A stretch of 64,000 bases of DNA from contig CAWJSJ010000002.1 of the NCBI GenBank assembly GCA_963845565.1, forward strand, positions 1,600,001 through 1,664,000. Direction: 5' to 3'. Below are positions 32,038 through 42,364 of this stretch, one piece after another; the stretch's first letter is position 1, and every line of letters starts with the position of its first letter. The stretch is from an uncultured Methylomirabilota bacterium (lineage in GTDB: Bacteria; Methylomirabilota; Methylomirabilia; Methylomirabilales; 2-02-FULL-66-22). The notes under the pieces are model-generated. The model was not told the origin of the DNA. It worked only from the letters and a program-made list of their open reading frames with translations, and made no database searches. The translations under genes were made by a program, and so were the position numbers.

Positions 32038-33729
32038 ATGACCGACGATCTATCGCTCAGAAGCCGCGACCTTCACGAGTCCCTGGAGCGCACCGCGCAC
32101 CGGGCGCTCCTGCACTGCATCGGCATACCCCATGCCGAGATGGCGAAGCCCCTGGTGGCCATCGTGAATTCCTGGACCGAGGTGGTGCCGGGGCACATGC
32201 ACCTGCGCGCGCTGGGCGAGCTGGTGAAACAGGGGGTGCGGGAGGCCGGCGGCAACCCGCTGGAGTTCGACACCATCGCCGTCTGCGACGGGATGGCCCA
32301 GGGGCACATCGGGATGAGCTATTCCCTCCCCAGCCGGGAGGCCATCGCCGACACGGTCGAGATCATGCTGGAGGGGCATCGCTTCGACGCCGCGGTGATG
32401 ATCTCCAGTTGCGACAAGATCGAGCCGGGCCAGCTGCTCGCGGCGCTCCGCGTCAACATCCCCACCATTTTCCTGACGGGCGGCCCGATGGAGGGGGGGA
32501 CGTACAAGGAGCACACCGATATCACCCTTTCCACCATTCGGGAGTTCGCCGGCCAGGTGAAGGTCGGCAAGCTCAGCCGGGAGGAACTGACCGAGATCGA
32601 GAAGGCGGCGCTGCCCGGGCCAGGCTCGTGCTCCATGATGGGCACGGCCAACACCATGGCCTGCCTCCTGGAAGCGCTGGGGATGTCCCCCACCGGCTGC
32701 GCCACCATGCTGGCGGTGGACCCCCTGCGGCCGGCCCTGGCCCGCGAGGCGGGCCGGCTGGTGATGGACTGCGTTCGACAGCATCTCACGCCCCGGCGCA
32801 TCGTGACCCGGCAGGCGATCGAGAACGCCATGGCGGTGGACATGGCCCTGGGCGGCTCCACCAACAGCGTGCTCCATCTCCTGGCCATCGCCTACGAGGC
32901 CGGCATCCCCCTGGCGCTGGACGAGTTCGACACCATGGCCCGGCGGGTGCCGCACCTGTGCAACATCAAACCGTCCGGCAAGTATGCCGTCGGTCGGATG
33001 GACGAGGCGGGCGGCGTTCCCGCGCTCATGCACGAGCTCCGGTCGGTACTCCACCTGGATGTCCCCACGGTCACCGGGAAGACGCTGGGAGAAAACATCG
33101 CCGGGGCGGCGGTGACGAACCGGGAGATGATCCGGCCGCTGTCCGATCCGCTCTACCGCGAGGGCGGCCTGGCCATCCTGCGCGGCAGCCTGGCACCCGA
33201 GGGCGCCGTGGTGAAGCAGACCGGGATCCGGTTCAAGGCCATGCTCCGCCACCGGGGGCCGGCCCGCGTCTTCGAGAGCATGGAAGACGCGGTCACGGGG
33301 TTCATGGGGGATGCGGTCAAGCCGGGGGAGATCGTGGTCGTGCGCTACGAGGGCCCCAAGGGCGGGCCCGGCATGCGGGAGATGCACCAGATCACCTCGG
33401 TGATGGTCGGCATGGGCCTCGACGAGCATTGCGGCCTGGTGACCGACGGCCGCTTCTCCGGCTCCACGCGAGGCCCCTGTATCGGCCACGTCTCCCCGGA
33501 GGCCGCCGAGGGAGGCCCGATGGCCTTGGTCCGGGACGGCGACCTGATCGAGTACGATATTCCGAACCGCCGCCTGGACCTCCTGGTGGCGGCGGACGAA
33601 CTGGCGCGGCGGCGCGCCGACTGGCAGCCGCGCACGCGGAAGCTGCGGGGCATCCTGGCCCGCTATGCCGCGCTGGCCGAGTCGGCATCGAGGGGCGCGG
33701 TCCTGCGTGACACGACAACAGGCTGCTGA
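32038..33729 (+). CDS. ilvD: Dihydroxy-acid dehydratase (IlvD/Edd family)
   Basis: VCDGMAQGH, SCDKIEPG, GSCSMMGTANTM, GGSTN, RYEGPKGGPGMREM, TDGRFSG, GHVSPEAA. Confidence 0.9.
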   Translation: MTDDLSLRSRDLHESLERTAHRALLHCIGIPHAEMAKPLVAIVNSWTEVVPGHMHLRALGELVKQGVREAGGNPLEFDTIAVCDGMAQGHIGMSYSLPSREAIADTVEIMLEGHRFDAAVMISSCDKIEPGQLLAALRVNIPTIFLTGGPMEGGTYKEHTDITLSTIREFAGQVKVGKLSREELTEIEKAALPGPGSCSMMGTANTMACLLEALGMSPTGCATMLAVDPLRPALAREAGRLVMDCVRQHLTPRRIVTRQAIENAMAVDMALGGSTNSVLHLLAIAYEAGIPLALDEFDTMARRVPHLCNIKPSGKYAVGRMDEAGGVPALMHELRSVLHLDVPTVTGKTLGENIAGAAVTNREMIRPLSDPLYREGGLAILRGSLAPEGAVVKQTGIRFKAMLRHRGPARVFESMEDAVTGFMGDAVKPGEIVVVRYEGPKGGPGMREMHQITSVMVGMGLDEHCGLVTDGRFSGSTRGPCIGHVSPEAAEGGPMALVRDGDLIEYDIPNRRLDLLVAADELARRRADWQPRTRKLRGILARYAALAESASRGAVLRDTTTGC

Positions 33730-33803
33730 AAAAGGCCCATCTGCTGCGTTGGTCCGCCTTGCATCTGGACCTTTTTGAGCAGCCTGGCGAAAACGGGTAT
33801 TTT
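33719..33803 (-). mobile_element. Internally deleted family-A element
   Basis: CAGGCTGCTGAAAAAGGCCCATCTGCTGCGTTGG-TCCGCCTTGCATCTGGACCTTTTTGAGCAGCCTG; supplies the ilvD TGA. Confidence 0.75.
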
Positions 33804-33831
33804 TGGCATCTCGATACGCGGGTGAGGGGAC

Positions 33832-34650
33832 ATGGGAAAAAGCAACGAGGGCGGAAGTCGCGAGGGGCGGAGCGGGCGGCATTCGGCGAGCACGTTCCCG
33901 AACCGGTTCATCCCGCTGTACTACCAGCTGGAGAACATCCTGCGCTCCAAGATCGAAGGGGGCGAAGTTCTGCCCAACAACAAACTTCCGACGGAGCAGG
34001 AGCTGTCGAAGGAATACAAGATCAGCCGGGCGACGGTCCGGCAGGCGCTGGCGGCGCTCGTCTCGGAGGGGCTGCTCTACCGGAAGCAGGGAAAGGGCAC
34101 CTTCGTCACGGAGAAGGCCGGCCAGACCAAGACGGTGAAGCTGACCGGGTTCACCGAGGACCTCTTCTCCGAAGGGCACCAGGCCGAAGTGAAGATCATG
34201 GAGATTCGGTCGGTCCCGGCGCCGGAGCGCATCGCGTCCGTGCTGCGCGTCCCCGTCGGGGAAGAGGTGACCCGTTTCAAGCGGCTGCGGTCGCTGGATG
34301 GGGCGCCGTTCTCGTACGTGCTGAACTACCTGACGCCCGAGATCGGCGAGAAGATCAGCGAACGGGACCTGCAGCACCACACCATGCTCCACCTCCTGGA
34401 AGAGAAGCTGGGAATCGCGCTGGGAACGATCCGTCACGCGGTGGAGTCCGTCAAGGCGGACGTCGAAGTGGCCTCGCTTCTCGGTATCAGCGTCTTCGAG
34501 CCGGTCCTCTTCATGGAGACGGCCGTGTATTCCGCCGACGGACAGCCCGTTGAGACGGTGGATTCCTTCTTCCGCTCCGACCGGTACCGGTACACGGTGG
34601 AACTGATCCGCAGCCAGCAACTGCGAAAGGATCGGGCGAAGCGAAGGTAG
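33832..34650 (+). CDS. GntR-family (HutC/UTRA) transcriptional regulator
   Basis: PLYYQLE..LPTEQEL..ISRATVRQAL..QGKGTFV; C-terminal FRSDRYRY. Confidence 0.92.
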   Translation: MGKSNEGGSREGRSGRHSASTFPNRFIPLYYQLENILRSKIEGGEVLPNNKLPTEQELSKEYKISRATVRQALAALVSEGLLYRKQGKGTFVTEKAGQTKTVKLTGFTEDLFSEGHQAEVKIMEIRSVPAPERIASVLRVPVGEEVTRFKRLRSLDGAPFSYVLNYLTPEIGEKISERDLQHHTMLHLLEEKLGIALGTIRHAVESVKADVEVASLLGISVFEPVLFMETAVYSADGQPVETVDSFFRSDRYRYTVELIRSQQLRKDRAKRR

Positions 34651-34658
34651 GGAAGAGA

Positions 34659-34792
34659 CAGCGCTCAGCTTTCAGCGGTCAGCTATCAGCTATCGGAATG
34701 GGAACCTATACAGCGAACCGGGGGAGTGTCTTGACTCCCCCGGTTTCGTTCTTGGCTGATCGCTGAAAGCTGAGCGCTGACCGCTGATCGCT
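34659..34792. repeat. Inverted pair of 7-bp tandem repeat tracts with a central hairpin
   Basis: (TCAGCNN)n ... GAACCGGGGGAGT-GTCTTG-ACTCCCCCGGTT ... (NNGCTGA)n. Confidence 0.7.
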
Positions 34793-35735
34793 ACAGGTAC
34801 TGCCCGTAGCGGATCTTCTCGATGATTTCCTTGGTCTTCCGATAATCCTCGACCGCGCGCTGCATGTCCTCGGTGACCACCGGACCGGGCTGGGCGCCGG
34901 CCCCTTCCTGGCGGACCTTCTCCTCCAGCGACTTCTGCACGATCTCGGCCAGGTCTGCGCTGTTCAACTTGACCGTGCGGGCCAGGATGGCGTCCAGATC
35001 CAGCTCCCCGAACAGGCGGCGTCCCGCCAGGGCCTCGGCCTTGGCCATGTGGATCCGCAGGATCTCTCGCTTGCCCTCGGTTTCCGGGAGGGGCACCTCG
35101 ATGAGCTGGTCCAGCCGGCCGGCCCGGATCAGCGTGGGATCCACCGCGTCGGCCCGATTGGTGGAGGCAACGGCCAAGATGTCTCCGGACCGGCCGATGT
35201 CGTCCAGTTGCTCTGCCACGCTGTTGACCAGGCGACGGCTGGCGGTGCGCATTTCCTCGGGGGCCGCCCGGTCGAAGACCAGATCGTCGATCTCGTCCAG
35301 AAAGAGGACGGCGCGGCCGCTCTCCTTGACCTGGCTGAAGACCTCCTGCAGCACGTCGAAGGAATCGGCGTACCACTTGGTCACCACGTTGGTCACCCGC
35401 ACGTGGAAGAACACCGCCTCGGCTTCCCGGGCCAACGCCATGGCGAGGAGGGTCTTGCCCGTGCCCGGTGGGCCATACAGCAAGACCCCGTTCGGGGGCT
35501 GGGTCCCCCATTTCTTGTGCAGGTCCGGGCTCTTCAGCGCGAAGACCAGCCCGGCGATCTCGTGCTTGGCGCGGACGAGGTCCCCGATATCCGCGAAGGC
35601 GACCTCGGGCCTCATGCTGACTTCGATCTTGCCCTTCATGTCCCCGAAACGCTTGGCCAGCCGCGCCACGAAATCCTCGAGTTTGCGCCGCAGGACCTCC
35701 GGGGTATGGCCCGTCAGCATCTTTCGTTCGGTCAT
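34791..35735 (-). CDS. Single-domain AAA+ ATPase of PAN/ARC type with C-terminal GQYL
   Basis: PEVAFADIGDL, Walker A GPPGTGKT, Walker B LFLDEID, SRH TNRADAVDPTLIRAGRLD, ends IRYGQYL. Confidence 0.88.
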   Translation of the reverse strand: MTERKMLTGHTPEVLRRKLEDFVARLAKRFGDMKGKIEVSMRPEVAFADIGDLVRAKHEIAGLVFALKSPDLHKKWGTQPPNGVLLYGPPGTGKTLLAMALAREAEAVFFHVRVTNVVTKWYADSFDVLQEVFSQVKESGRAVLFLDEIDDLVFDRAAPEEMRTASRRLVNSVAEQLDDIGRSGDILAVASTNRADAVDPTLIRAGRLDQLIEVPLPETEGKREILRIHMAKAEALAGRRLFGELDLDAILARTVKLNSADLAEIVQKSLEEKVRQEGAGAQPGPVVTEDMQRAVEDYRKTKEIIEKIRYGQYL

Positions 35736-35788
35736 GGGTTGCGCTCCATTCGACGCGTCGAGGACGTGGCCTCGACCGCGGGCGTCGC

Positions 35789-36388
35789 TCAGCCGTCCAG
35801 CGAACCTGCGGCCTGAAAGAAGGTCTCCTCGAGTTTCTGCATCAGGGCCGGGATGTCGGTGCTGAGTACCAGCAGATCATGCCTTCGCCCCTGCACATCC
35901 ACGATCTGACCGGCCAGGCGCGCCTCCCGACGGAACCCCAGCTTTTCGAAGACCTTGGCGGCCGGAAGCTGGTCCGCGGCCACCTCCGCCACCATCTTGT
36001 CCAGACCGGCCTGCAGTGCCAGATAGAAGATCTCCCTTGCCAACGCCGAGGCGAGACCGCGACGCCGGACAAACGGATCGGTGGTGACGCGAATCTCCCC
36101 GAGATGGCGCATCCAGCCTACCGGATGGCGATGGAGCGTGGCGTCCCCGACGATCTGCCCATCCTGCTCGGCGAGGATGGGCAACACCCGGTCGAAATCC
36201 GGCTCCCGACACCAGGCACGGACGAGGTCCGCCCGCGTCACGTCGTCCCGGAGGAACTGGCGATCCTCCGGGGACAAGCGGCGAAAGAAATCCAGGAGCG
36301 CTCGCTCGTCTGCCGCTACCAGCGGACGCAGGACGACCGGCGTGCCGTCCCGCAAGGCGATCTGTTTCGGGAACTCCCTGAGCGGCAC
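35789..36388 (-). CDS. GNAT-family acetyltransferase
   Basis: LRDGTPVVLRPL, RRRGLASAL, FEKLGFRRE. Confidence 0.85.
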   Translation of the reverse strand: MPLREFPKQIALRDGTPVVLRPLVAADERALLDFFRRLSPEDRQFLRDDVTRADLVRAWCREPDFDRVLPILAEQDGQIVGDATLHRHPVGWMRHLGEIRVTTDPFVRRRGLASALAREIFYLALQAGLDKMVAEVAADQLPAAKVFEKLGFRREARLAGQIVDVQGRRHDLLVLSTDIPALMQKLEETFFQAAGSLDG

Positions 36389-36537
36389 GATACACCTCCG
36401 GATCAGAAACGGGGACGCCCCGTGGTGCTGGAGGCAGAATATACGCTACCAGACCTTTCGGTTCGGGACAAGGAGTGGCTCCCGGCGGCTCCCGCATGGA
36501 ACATGGAAGTGGCGGGGCGGTGCGGCCTCTCGACGGT

Positions 36538-37356
36538 CTAGCCCAGCGCGACGTCCAGCGTCATCATGATCGCGAACCCCAGCATGGCGCCGATGGTGGC
36601 GACGTCCGTGTTCTGTTCCTGCTGCGCTTCAGGGATGAGCTCTTCCACCACGACGAAGATCATGGCCCCGGCCGCGAAAGCCAGGGCGTAAGGCAGGATG
36701 GGCCGCATGAGGAGGACCGCGGCCGCCCCGATGACGCCGGCGACCGGCTCGACCGTCGCGGAGAGTTGGCCGTACCAGAACGCCCGCAGCCGCGACATTC
36801 CCTCTCGCCGGAGCGGCACGGAGACCGCCGTGCCTTCGGGGAAATTCTGGATGCCGATGCCGATGGCGAGCGCCACGGCGCCGGCGAGCGTGGCCGAGGG
36901 GAACCCGGCAGCCACCGCGCCGAAGGCGACGCCGACCGCAAGCCCCTCGGGGATGTTGTGCAGTGTGATGGCCAGGACCAGCAGGATGCTCCGCTGCCAG
37001 CCCGTCCGGACCCCCTCGGCGCGGTCGGTCGGCAGGCCGAGGTGCAGGTGCGGGAGGATCTTATCCACCAGCCAGAGGAACGCCCCGCCGGCCAGGAATC
37101 CGACGGTTGCCGGCACCCACGCCGGGCCGCCCGCGGCCTCGGCCATCTCGATGGCCGGGTTGAGCAGCGACCAGAAGCTGGCGGCGATCATGACCCCGGC
37201 GGCGAAGCCGAGCATCCCGTCCAGCACCTGCCGGCGGATCTCCCGACAGAAAAAGACGGCGGCGGCGCCCAGCGCGGTGAGGAACCAAGTGAAGCCGGTC
37301 GCGAGCAGGGCCTGCCAGATCGGATGCAGCTCCGTGAACCAGTTAACCATGTCCAT
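36538..37356 (-). CDS. ZIP-family metal transporter (ZupT/GufA-like)
   Basis: [29 protein letters not shown]. Confidence 0.92.
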   Translation of the reverse strand: MDMVNWFTELHPIWQALLATGFTWFLTALGAAAVFFCREIRRQVLDGMLGFAAGVMIAASFWSLLNPAIEMAEAAGGPAWVPATVGFLAGGAFLWLVDKILPHLHLGLPTDRAEGVRTGWQRSILLVLAITLHNIPEGLAVGVAFGAVAAGFPSATLAGAVALAIGIGIQNFPEGTAVSVPLRREGMSRLRAFWYGQLSATVEPVAGVIGAAAVLLMRPILPYALAFAAGAMIFVVVEELIPEAQQEQNTDVATIGAMLGFAIMMTLDVALG

Positions 37357-37560
37357 CGTCCCTCCTGGACTGGGACCGAGATACCGCGCGCTACTGCAGC
37401 AAGAGCGCCGGAAGGAACGTGGAAAGCGTCGGGAAAAAGAGCAACAGGTACAACACCACTGTCACCACTTTCGAGCAAAACCGGGAGCCCATCGTCGCTC
37501 GCGACCTTGGCCTCCGGTCCAGGTGGGCGGCGCGAGGCCGCCCGGCTGACGGCGTCATGC

Positions 37561-38835
37561 TCACCGGAGCAGCAGGCCAGGAAGAAACGTCGAGATCTGG
37601 GGGAATACGGTCAGAAGCAGCAGCACGACCCCCAGGATCGCCAGGAACGGAAGGTACGCCCGGACGATCTTCTCCATGGGTAGCTTGGCGATCGCCGATA
37701 CGCCGAACAGGCAGACGCCCACCGGCGGAGTCGTCAGGCCGATCATGGTGTTTACCGAGATCAGAATGCCGAAGTAGACCATGTCCACGTCGAGCGCCTT
37801 CAGTAGGGGCATCAGGATCGGGACCATGATCAGGACAATCGGCGTGGCGTCCAGAAAACAGCCCTCGATCAGGATGATGACGTTGATGAGCAGCAGGATG
37901 AGCAGGCGATCCTGGGTCAGGCTGTAGATGAAATTGGTGAAGAGCTGCGGGATCTTCTCCAGCGACAACCACCAGCCGAAGGCGCCGGTGATCCCGATGA
38001 TGAACATGATCACCCCGACGGTCACCGAGGTATTGCAGAGGCTTCGCCAGATGGACGCCCAGGTGATCTCCCGGTACATGAAGCCGAGGACGATGGCGTA
38101 CACGACGGCGATCATGGCCGCCTCGGTGGGCGTGAAGAAGCCGGAATAGATCCCCCCGATGATGATGACCGGGGTGAGGAGGACGGGCAACGCTTCGACG
38201 GTGGCCTTGATGAGCTGTCGAAAGCTCGGTCGGGGATAGCTGGGGTAGTTCCGCTTCTTGCTGATGACATAGACGCCGACCATCAGGCCCAACCCCATGA
38301 TCACGCCGGGGATGATCCCGGCGATGAACAGGGCGCCGACCGAGACCCCGGCCACCACGCCGTAGATGACCATGATGATGCTGGGCGGGATGATGGGGCC
38401 GATGGTGGAGGCCCCCAACACGATTGCCGCGCTGAATTCCTTGTCGTACCCCTCCTTCTCCATGGCGGGAATCTCGATGCTGCCGAGCCCCACCGCGTCC
38501 GCCGTGGCCGACCCGGACATCCCGGCGAAGATCATGGAGGCCACCACGCAGACGTGGCCGAGGCCGCCGGTGATATGCCCCACGCAGGTCCGGGCGAAGT
38601 TGAAGAGCCGCCGGGTGATGCCGCCGGTGTTCATGATCTCGCCGGCCAAGATGAAGAGCGGGACGGCCAACAGGGTGAAGTTGTCCACCGTGGTGAACAT
38701 CTTCTGCGGGATCATCATGATGGGCTTGGCGGAGGCGAGGAAGTAGAAGACCGACCCGAGGCCGATGCTGAAGGCGATCGGCACCCCGACGATCATGCAG
38801 GCGGCGATGATGCCGCAGGCGACGAGGACATCCAT
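37561..38835 (-). CDS. dctM: TRAP transporter large permease
   Basis: FAGMSGSATAD, GPIIPPS, FTPTEAA, TPPVG. Confidence 0.93.
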   Translation of the reverse strand: MDVLVACGIIAACMIVGVPIAFSIGLGSVFYFLASAKPIMMIPQKMFTTVDNFTLLAVPLFILAGEIMNTGGITRRLFNFARTCVGHITGGLGHVCVVASMIFAGMSGSATADAVGLGSIEIPAMEKEGYDKEFSAAIVLGASTIGPIIPPSIIMVIYGVVAGVSVGALFIAGIIPGVIMGLGLMVGVYVISKKRNYPSYPRPSFRQLIKATVEALPVLLTPVIIIGGIYSGFFTPTEAAMIAVVYAIVLGFMYREITWASIWRSLCNTSVTVGVIMFIIGITGAFGWWLSLEKIPQLFTNFIYSLTQDRLLILLLINVIILIEGCFLDATPIVLIMVPILMPLLKALDVDMVYFGILISVNTMIGLTTPPVGVCLFGVSAIAKLPMEKIVRAYLPFLAILGVVLLLLTVFPQISTFLPGLLLR

Positions 38836-38839
38836 GACG

Positions 38840-39352
38840 TCACGCCTCCTGGGCCGCGGGGGAAACCCGACCGTACCGGTTCCACATGTTGCCCGCCAGG
38901 TGAATGGCCATCAGCGCGGCTCCCACGGGAACCGAGGCATAGACGTAGGCATATCGCAAGCCGAGCGCCGGGGAGATCTGCCCCCAGACCATCTCGGACA
39001 TGAGGTAGCCGTACCGGATCAGGAAACCGATGAAGACAAACTCCATGAGGTAGACGAGCAGCTCGCACCACCAACGGAGGGCGGGCGAGAGCAGATCCGT
39101 GAACAACGTCAGCGAGAAGTGCTCTTGCTTGTAGAGCCCGACGGAGGCGCCCAGCATGAGGAGCCACACGAAGGCGAAACGGGATAGTTCCTCGGTCCAG
39201 GGGAGCGAGATGACGGCCGCGTCGCCGAAGAACTTGGGGAGGAGGCGGGTGAACACCTGGAGAAAAATACTGATCATCACCGCGGCGAAGAACGCGCCTG
39301 CGACGCCCTTTTCGATGGCGATGAGCCACGGGTCCGGTTTCCGGTCGGTCAT
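38840..39352 (-). CDS. dctQ: TRAP transporter small permease
   Basis: PWTEELSRFAFVW, four TM helices. Confidence 0.88.
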   Translation of the reverse strand: MTDRKPDPWLIAIEKGVAGAFFAAVMISIFLQVFTRLLPKFFGDAAVISLPWTEELSRFAFVWLLMLGASVGLYKQEHFSLTLFTDLLSPALRWWCELLVYLMEFVFIGFLIRYGYLMSEMVWGQISPALGLRYAYVYASVPVGAALMAIHLAGNMWNRYGRVSPAAQEA

Positions 39353-39368
39353 GCGCGGACTCCCGCGT

Positions 39369-39404
39369 GTGCGCCGGGGGCCGAACCGCCGGCCCCCGGC
39401 GCAC
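39369..39404. terminator. GC-rich intercistronic hairpin between dctP and dctQ
   Basis: GTGCGCCGGGGGCCG-AACCGC-CGGCCCCCGGCGCAC. Confidence 0.55.
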
Positions 39405-39413
39405 CGCAGTTAG

Positions 39414-39511
39414 GAGCCGTTACGAAATAACCTATACATCTCTTTCTATTTCGTTACGGCTCCTTATGCCGTTTCGGAATGTCTCCGCTCAACTAATTCT
39501 TTGACAACGGC
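39414..39511. repeat. Family-B double-hairpin repeat
   Basis: GAGCCGTTACGAAAT...ATTTCGTTACGGCTC...TTGACAACGGC, abutting the dctP stop. Confidence 0.75.
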
Positions 39512-40495
39512 TTACTTCGTTGCCACCGCTTGATTAATCAGATCCTGACCGATCTTGGGCGCGTACTTGTCCCAGAGCGGCTTGACCTTGGCCTGGAAGG
39601 CGGACAGGTCCTTCACCTCGTTGACCTGGACCTTGTTGGCCTTCATCCACTCGATGTCTTTTTGCTGTTTCTCGGCGTACCGCTTCCGCTGCCAGTCGCG
39701 GGTCTCGAGGGTGACCTGATCGAAGAGCGGGCGCAGGTCGGCCGGGATCTTGCTCAGGAAGGCCGGGTTCGCCAGCGCGATTTTCACCGCCACCACGTGG
39801 CTCGTCATGGAGAAATACTTGGCCGGCTCGTAGAACTTCATGGCGAGATACCCGGCGGTGTCGTTCTCGGCCGCGTCGATCACGCCGGTGGACAGAGCCG
39901 TGTACACCTCGCCGTAGGCCATCGGGGTGGGCATGGCGCCCAGAGCGTTGAAGAGGCCGATGTAGACCTCGTTGTTCATGACCCGCACTTTGACGCCCTT
40001 GAAGTCGTCGGGGGTGTTGATCGCCTTCTTGGGCAGGAACATGTGTCGAACGCCGTTGGCCCAGTATGCCGCGAGCTTGATGTTGGTGGCTTTCTGGAAG
40101 TCCTCGGCGAGCTTCTGCCCCACCGGCCCGTCCGCGAAGCGCTGGAGCTGCGGCTCGTCCCTGAAGAGGTACGGGAGGACGAACAGGTCGAACTTCGGGA
40201 AGTGCAGGGAGAGCGGGGCGCTGTTGACGGTGACGAGATCCACCGAGCCCATCTTCACCTGCTCGATCAGCTCCCGCTCCTCACCCAACTGGCCGGCCGG
40301 GTAGAGATCCACCTTGAACTTGCCGCCACTCTTCTCCTCCAGGGTCTTCTTGAAAAACTCCCAGGCGTCGTGCGACGGGTCGCCGGGCGGGTTCACATGG
40401 CCGACCTTGACGGCGATCGGCGCCCCGGCCGCGGCAGGGGCCGCCCCGACGGCAAGGGCCAAGACAACCGCGAACACCACCAGCACGTTTTTCAT
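39512..40495 (-). CDS. dctP: TRAP substrate-binding protein
   Basis: Signal peptide, YPAGQLG, DFKGVKVRV, PMAYGEVYTAL..GVIDAAEN. Confidence 0.93.
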   Translation of the reverse strand: MKNVLVVFAVVLALAVGAAPAAAGAPIAVKVGHVNPPGDPSHDAWEFFKKTLEEKSGGKFKVDLYPAGQLGEERELIEQVKMGSVDLVTVNSAPLSLHFPKFDLFVLPYLFRDEPQLQRFADGPVGQKLAEDFQKATNIKLAAYWANGVRHMFLPKKAINTPDDFKGVKVRVMNNEVYIGLFNALGAMPTPMAYGEVYTALSTGVIDAAENDTAGYLAMKFYEPAKYFSMTSHVVAVKIALANPAFLSKIPADLRPLFDQVTLETRDWQRKRYAEKQQKDIEWMKANKVQVNEVKDLSAFQAKVKPLWDKYAPKIGQDLINQAVATK

Positions 40496-40592
40496 GGCCA
40501 GCCTCCTTGTTCGGGTGAGTACGAGCGCGCGCCACGCGCGAGGATCAGGGGCATCCGACGTTCCGTCGGCGCTCTATCCGGGTGCCGGCTCA

Positions 40593-40803
40593 CAGGATGC
40601 GGAGAAACCCGCCTTTCCCCAGGCTGCTCAAAAAGGTCCAGATGCCAGGCGGCGTTACCCATCCTCCAGATGGGTACCCGGGGCGGGGTACCCACCGCAG
40701 GTGGGTCAAGGCGTACTCCAGGTACGCCGCAGCGAGCGCCCGAGCACGCGGGGTACCCGTCCGCAGGATGGGTCCCCGCAGGTGCGCCTTTTTCAGCAGC
40801 CTG
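40593..40803 (+). mobile_element. Family-A element with three nested hairpin modules
   Basis: CAGGATGCGGAGAAA...TTTTTCAGCAGCCTG-CTAA. Confidence 0.78.
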
Positions 40804-41133
40804 CTAATCCACGATGAACAGCGTCGCCCCGGCCGACGTGTGCGATCGATGCGGCGCCGTGTCGTCGGCCACCTGGTAGCTCACGCCGGCCGTGAGGACG
40901 TGCGTGCTCCCGTCGGCCAGCTCGGTGATGAGCTCGCCTTTCAGGACCAGCAGGACGTGGCCGCGGGAGCACCAGTGGTCGGCGCGGTAGCCGGCGGTGT
41001 ACTCCACCATCCGGACCCGGATGTTTCCGACCTCGACCGTCCGCCAGAGCGCCTGGCCGGTCTCGCCGGGATGCACCGAGACGGGGAGGCGGCTCCAGTC
41101 GACCGTGGAAAAGGGCACGGCCTCGATGCGCAT
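40804..41133 (-). CDS. DHCW-motif cupin-fold protein
   Basis: HPGETGQALWR, GYRADHWCSRGH. Confidence 0.85.
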   Translation of the reverse strand: MRIEAVPFSTVDWSRLPVSVHPGETGQALWRTVEVGNIRVRMVEYTAGYRADHWCSRGHVLLVLKGELITELADGSTHVLTAGVSYQVADDTAPHRSHTSAGATLFIVD

Positions 41134-41160
41134 GGATCACCTCCGAGTGCGTGCGGGTTC

Positions 41161-42201
41161 CTACGCGCGCGGGTAGTCCCGGCACTCGCGCCAGGTCTCG
41201 ATCATGGCCATGAAGTTCTCGGGCTTGACCGAGGAGTGGATACTGTTGCTGCTGGAGAGGCAAAAGCCGCCGCCCGGCATGGCGACCCGCATCGTCTCCC
41301 GCGTGACCTGTCGCACCTCGGCGACCGGCGCCTGGCTGAGCAGATACCCGCAGTCGATATTCCCGATCAGAGCAAGCCGCTTCCCGTACCGCTGCTTGAT
41401 CGCACCGATGTCCATCCCGGCCACCGGTTCCAGGGGGTTCAGGCCGTCGATGCCGGTGTCCACGATCATGTCGAGGATCGGCATGATGTTGCCGTCGGTG
41501 TGCTTGATCACGTACGCGCCCGCCTCGTGGGCGGCCTTCACGCAGCGCGTCAGGCCCGGCAGGATGAACTCTTTGAAATGCCGCGGCGACATCAGGGGCG
41601 AGTTCTTGTCGGCGTAGTCATCGCCGAAGATGATCACGTCCACGCCGGCCTGGATGACCCGCTGCATGGCCCGGATGTCGTGGGCGAGGGTGATCTCGAT
41701 CAGTTGGTGGACGAGGTCGGGATTCTCGATCATGTCGATGAGGAACTGTTCCATCCCGCGCAGAAAGGCCGGATTGAAGAACGCGTCACGGCCGAGGGCG
41801 GTGATGGCCTTCTTCCCCTTGTAGTGCGCGACGATCTCGGGGATCGTTCCCAGGACGTCCGGCGCCTCGGGATCGGGCGGGGTGTACGTCTTGAGGTCCT
41901 CGGGCCGCTTGATCGGCCCCTCGACCGGCGCCGGGGTGCTTTCTGGGCCGAACGCCCGGATCACGCCCCACTTGTCGCGGAAGAGCCCTTTCTCTTTGTT
42001 CACGTACTGGACGTTATCCCGACTCCACGAACTGCGGTTCTGGCCGACGCTGTCCATCCCCAGCCAGTCGTTGAACTGGTAGTAGTCACAGCCGGGCACC
42101 AGGGCCTGCATCAGGTTGAGATCGATCACGCTCTCGATGTACGGCACGCGATCCGGTTGGCGATGTTCCAGGGCCGCGATGACACGCTCGTAAGAGTTCA
42201 T
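41161..42201 (-). CDS. Uroporphyrinogen decarboxylase / MtaA-CmuA family protein
   Basis: MNSYERV..QPDRVP, GDDYA, HTDGN, LIGNIDC, GGGFCLSSSNSI. Confidence 0.85.
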   Translation of the reverse strand: MNSYERVIAALEHRQPDRVPYIESVIDLNLMQALVPGCDYYQFNDWLGMDSVGQNRSSWSRDNVQYVNKEKGLFRDKWGVIRAFGPESTPAPVEGPIKRPEDLKTYTPPDPEAPDVLGTIPEIVAHYKGKKAITALGRDAFFNPAFLRGMEQFLIDMIENPDLVHQLIEITLAHDIRAMQRVIQAGVDVIIFGDDYADKNSPLMSPRHFKEFILPGLTRCVKAAHEAGAYVIKHTDGNIMPILDMIVDTGIDGLNPLEPVAGMDIGAIKQRYGKRLALIGNIDCGYLLSQAPVAEVRQVTRETMRVAMPGGGFCLSSSNSIHSSVKPENFMAMIETWRECRDYPRA

Positions 42202-42364
42202 GAGATCCTCCGGTCCGTGACGAGGGAAACGCAAACATACCGGCTGGCCCCGTCAAAGGGGTCCGGCTGTATCGAGTTTAGCCTGCTATCGCGCCGACCC
42301 TAGCAAGGCCGTCGGTGACTTGTCAAACGAGATATGCGGGTGGTCTGGAGGAGGAGCGGGGTCG

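Noticed and set aside
32050..34620. 856-aa antisense ORF over ilvD and gntR, and similar long antisense ORFs
   Set aside because: GC-rich shadow frames opposite well-supported genes.
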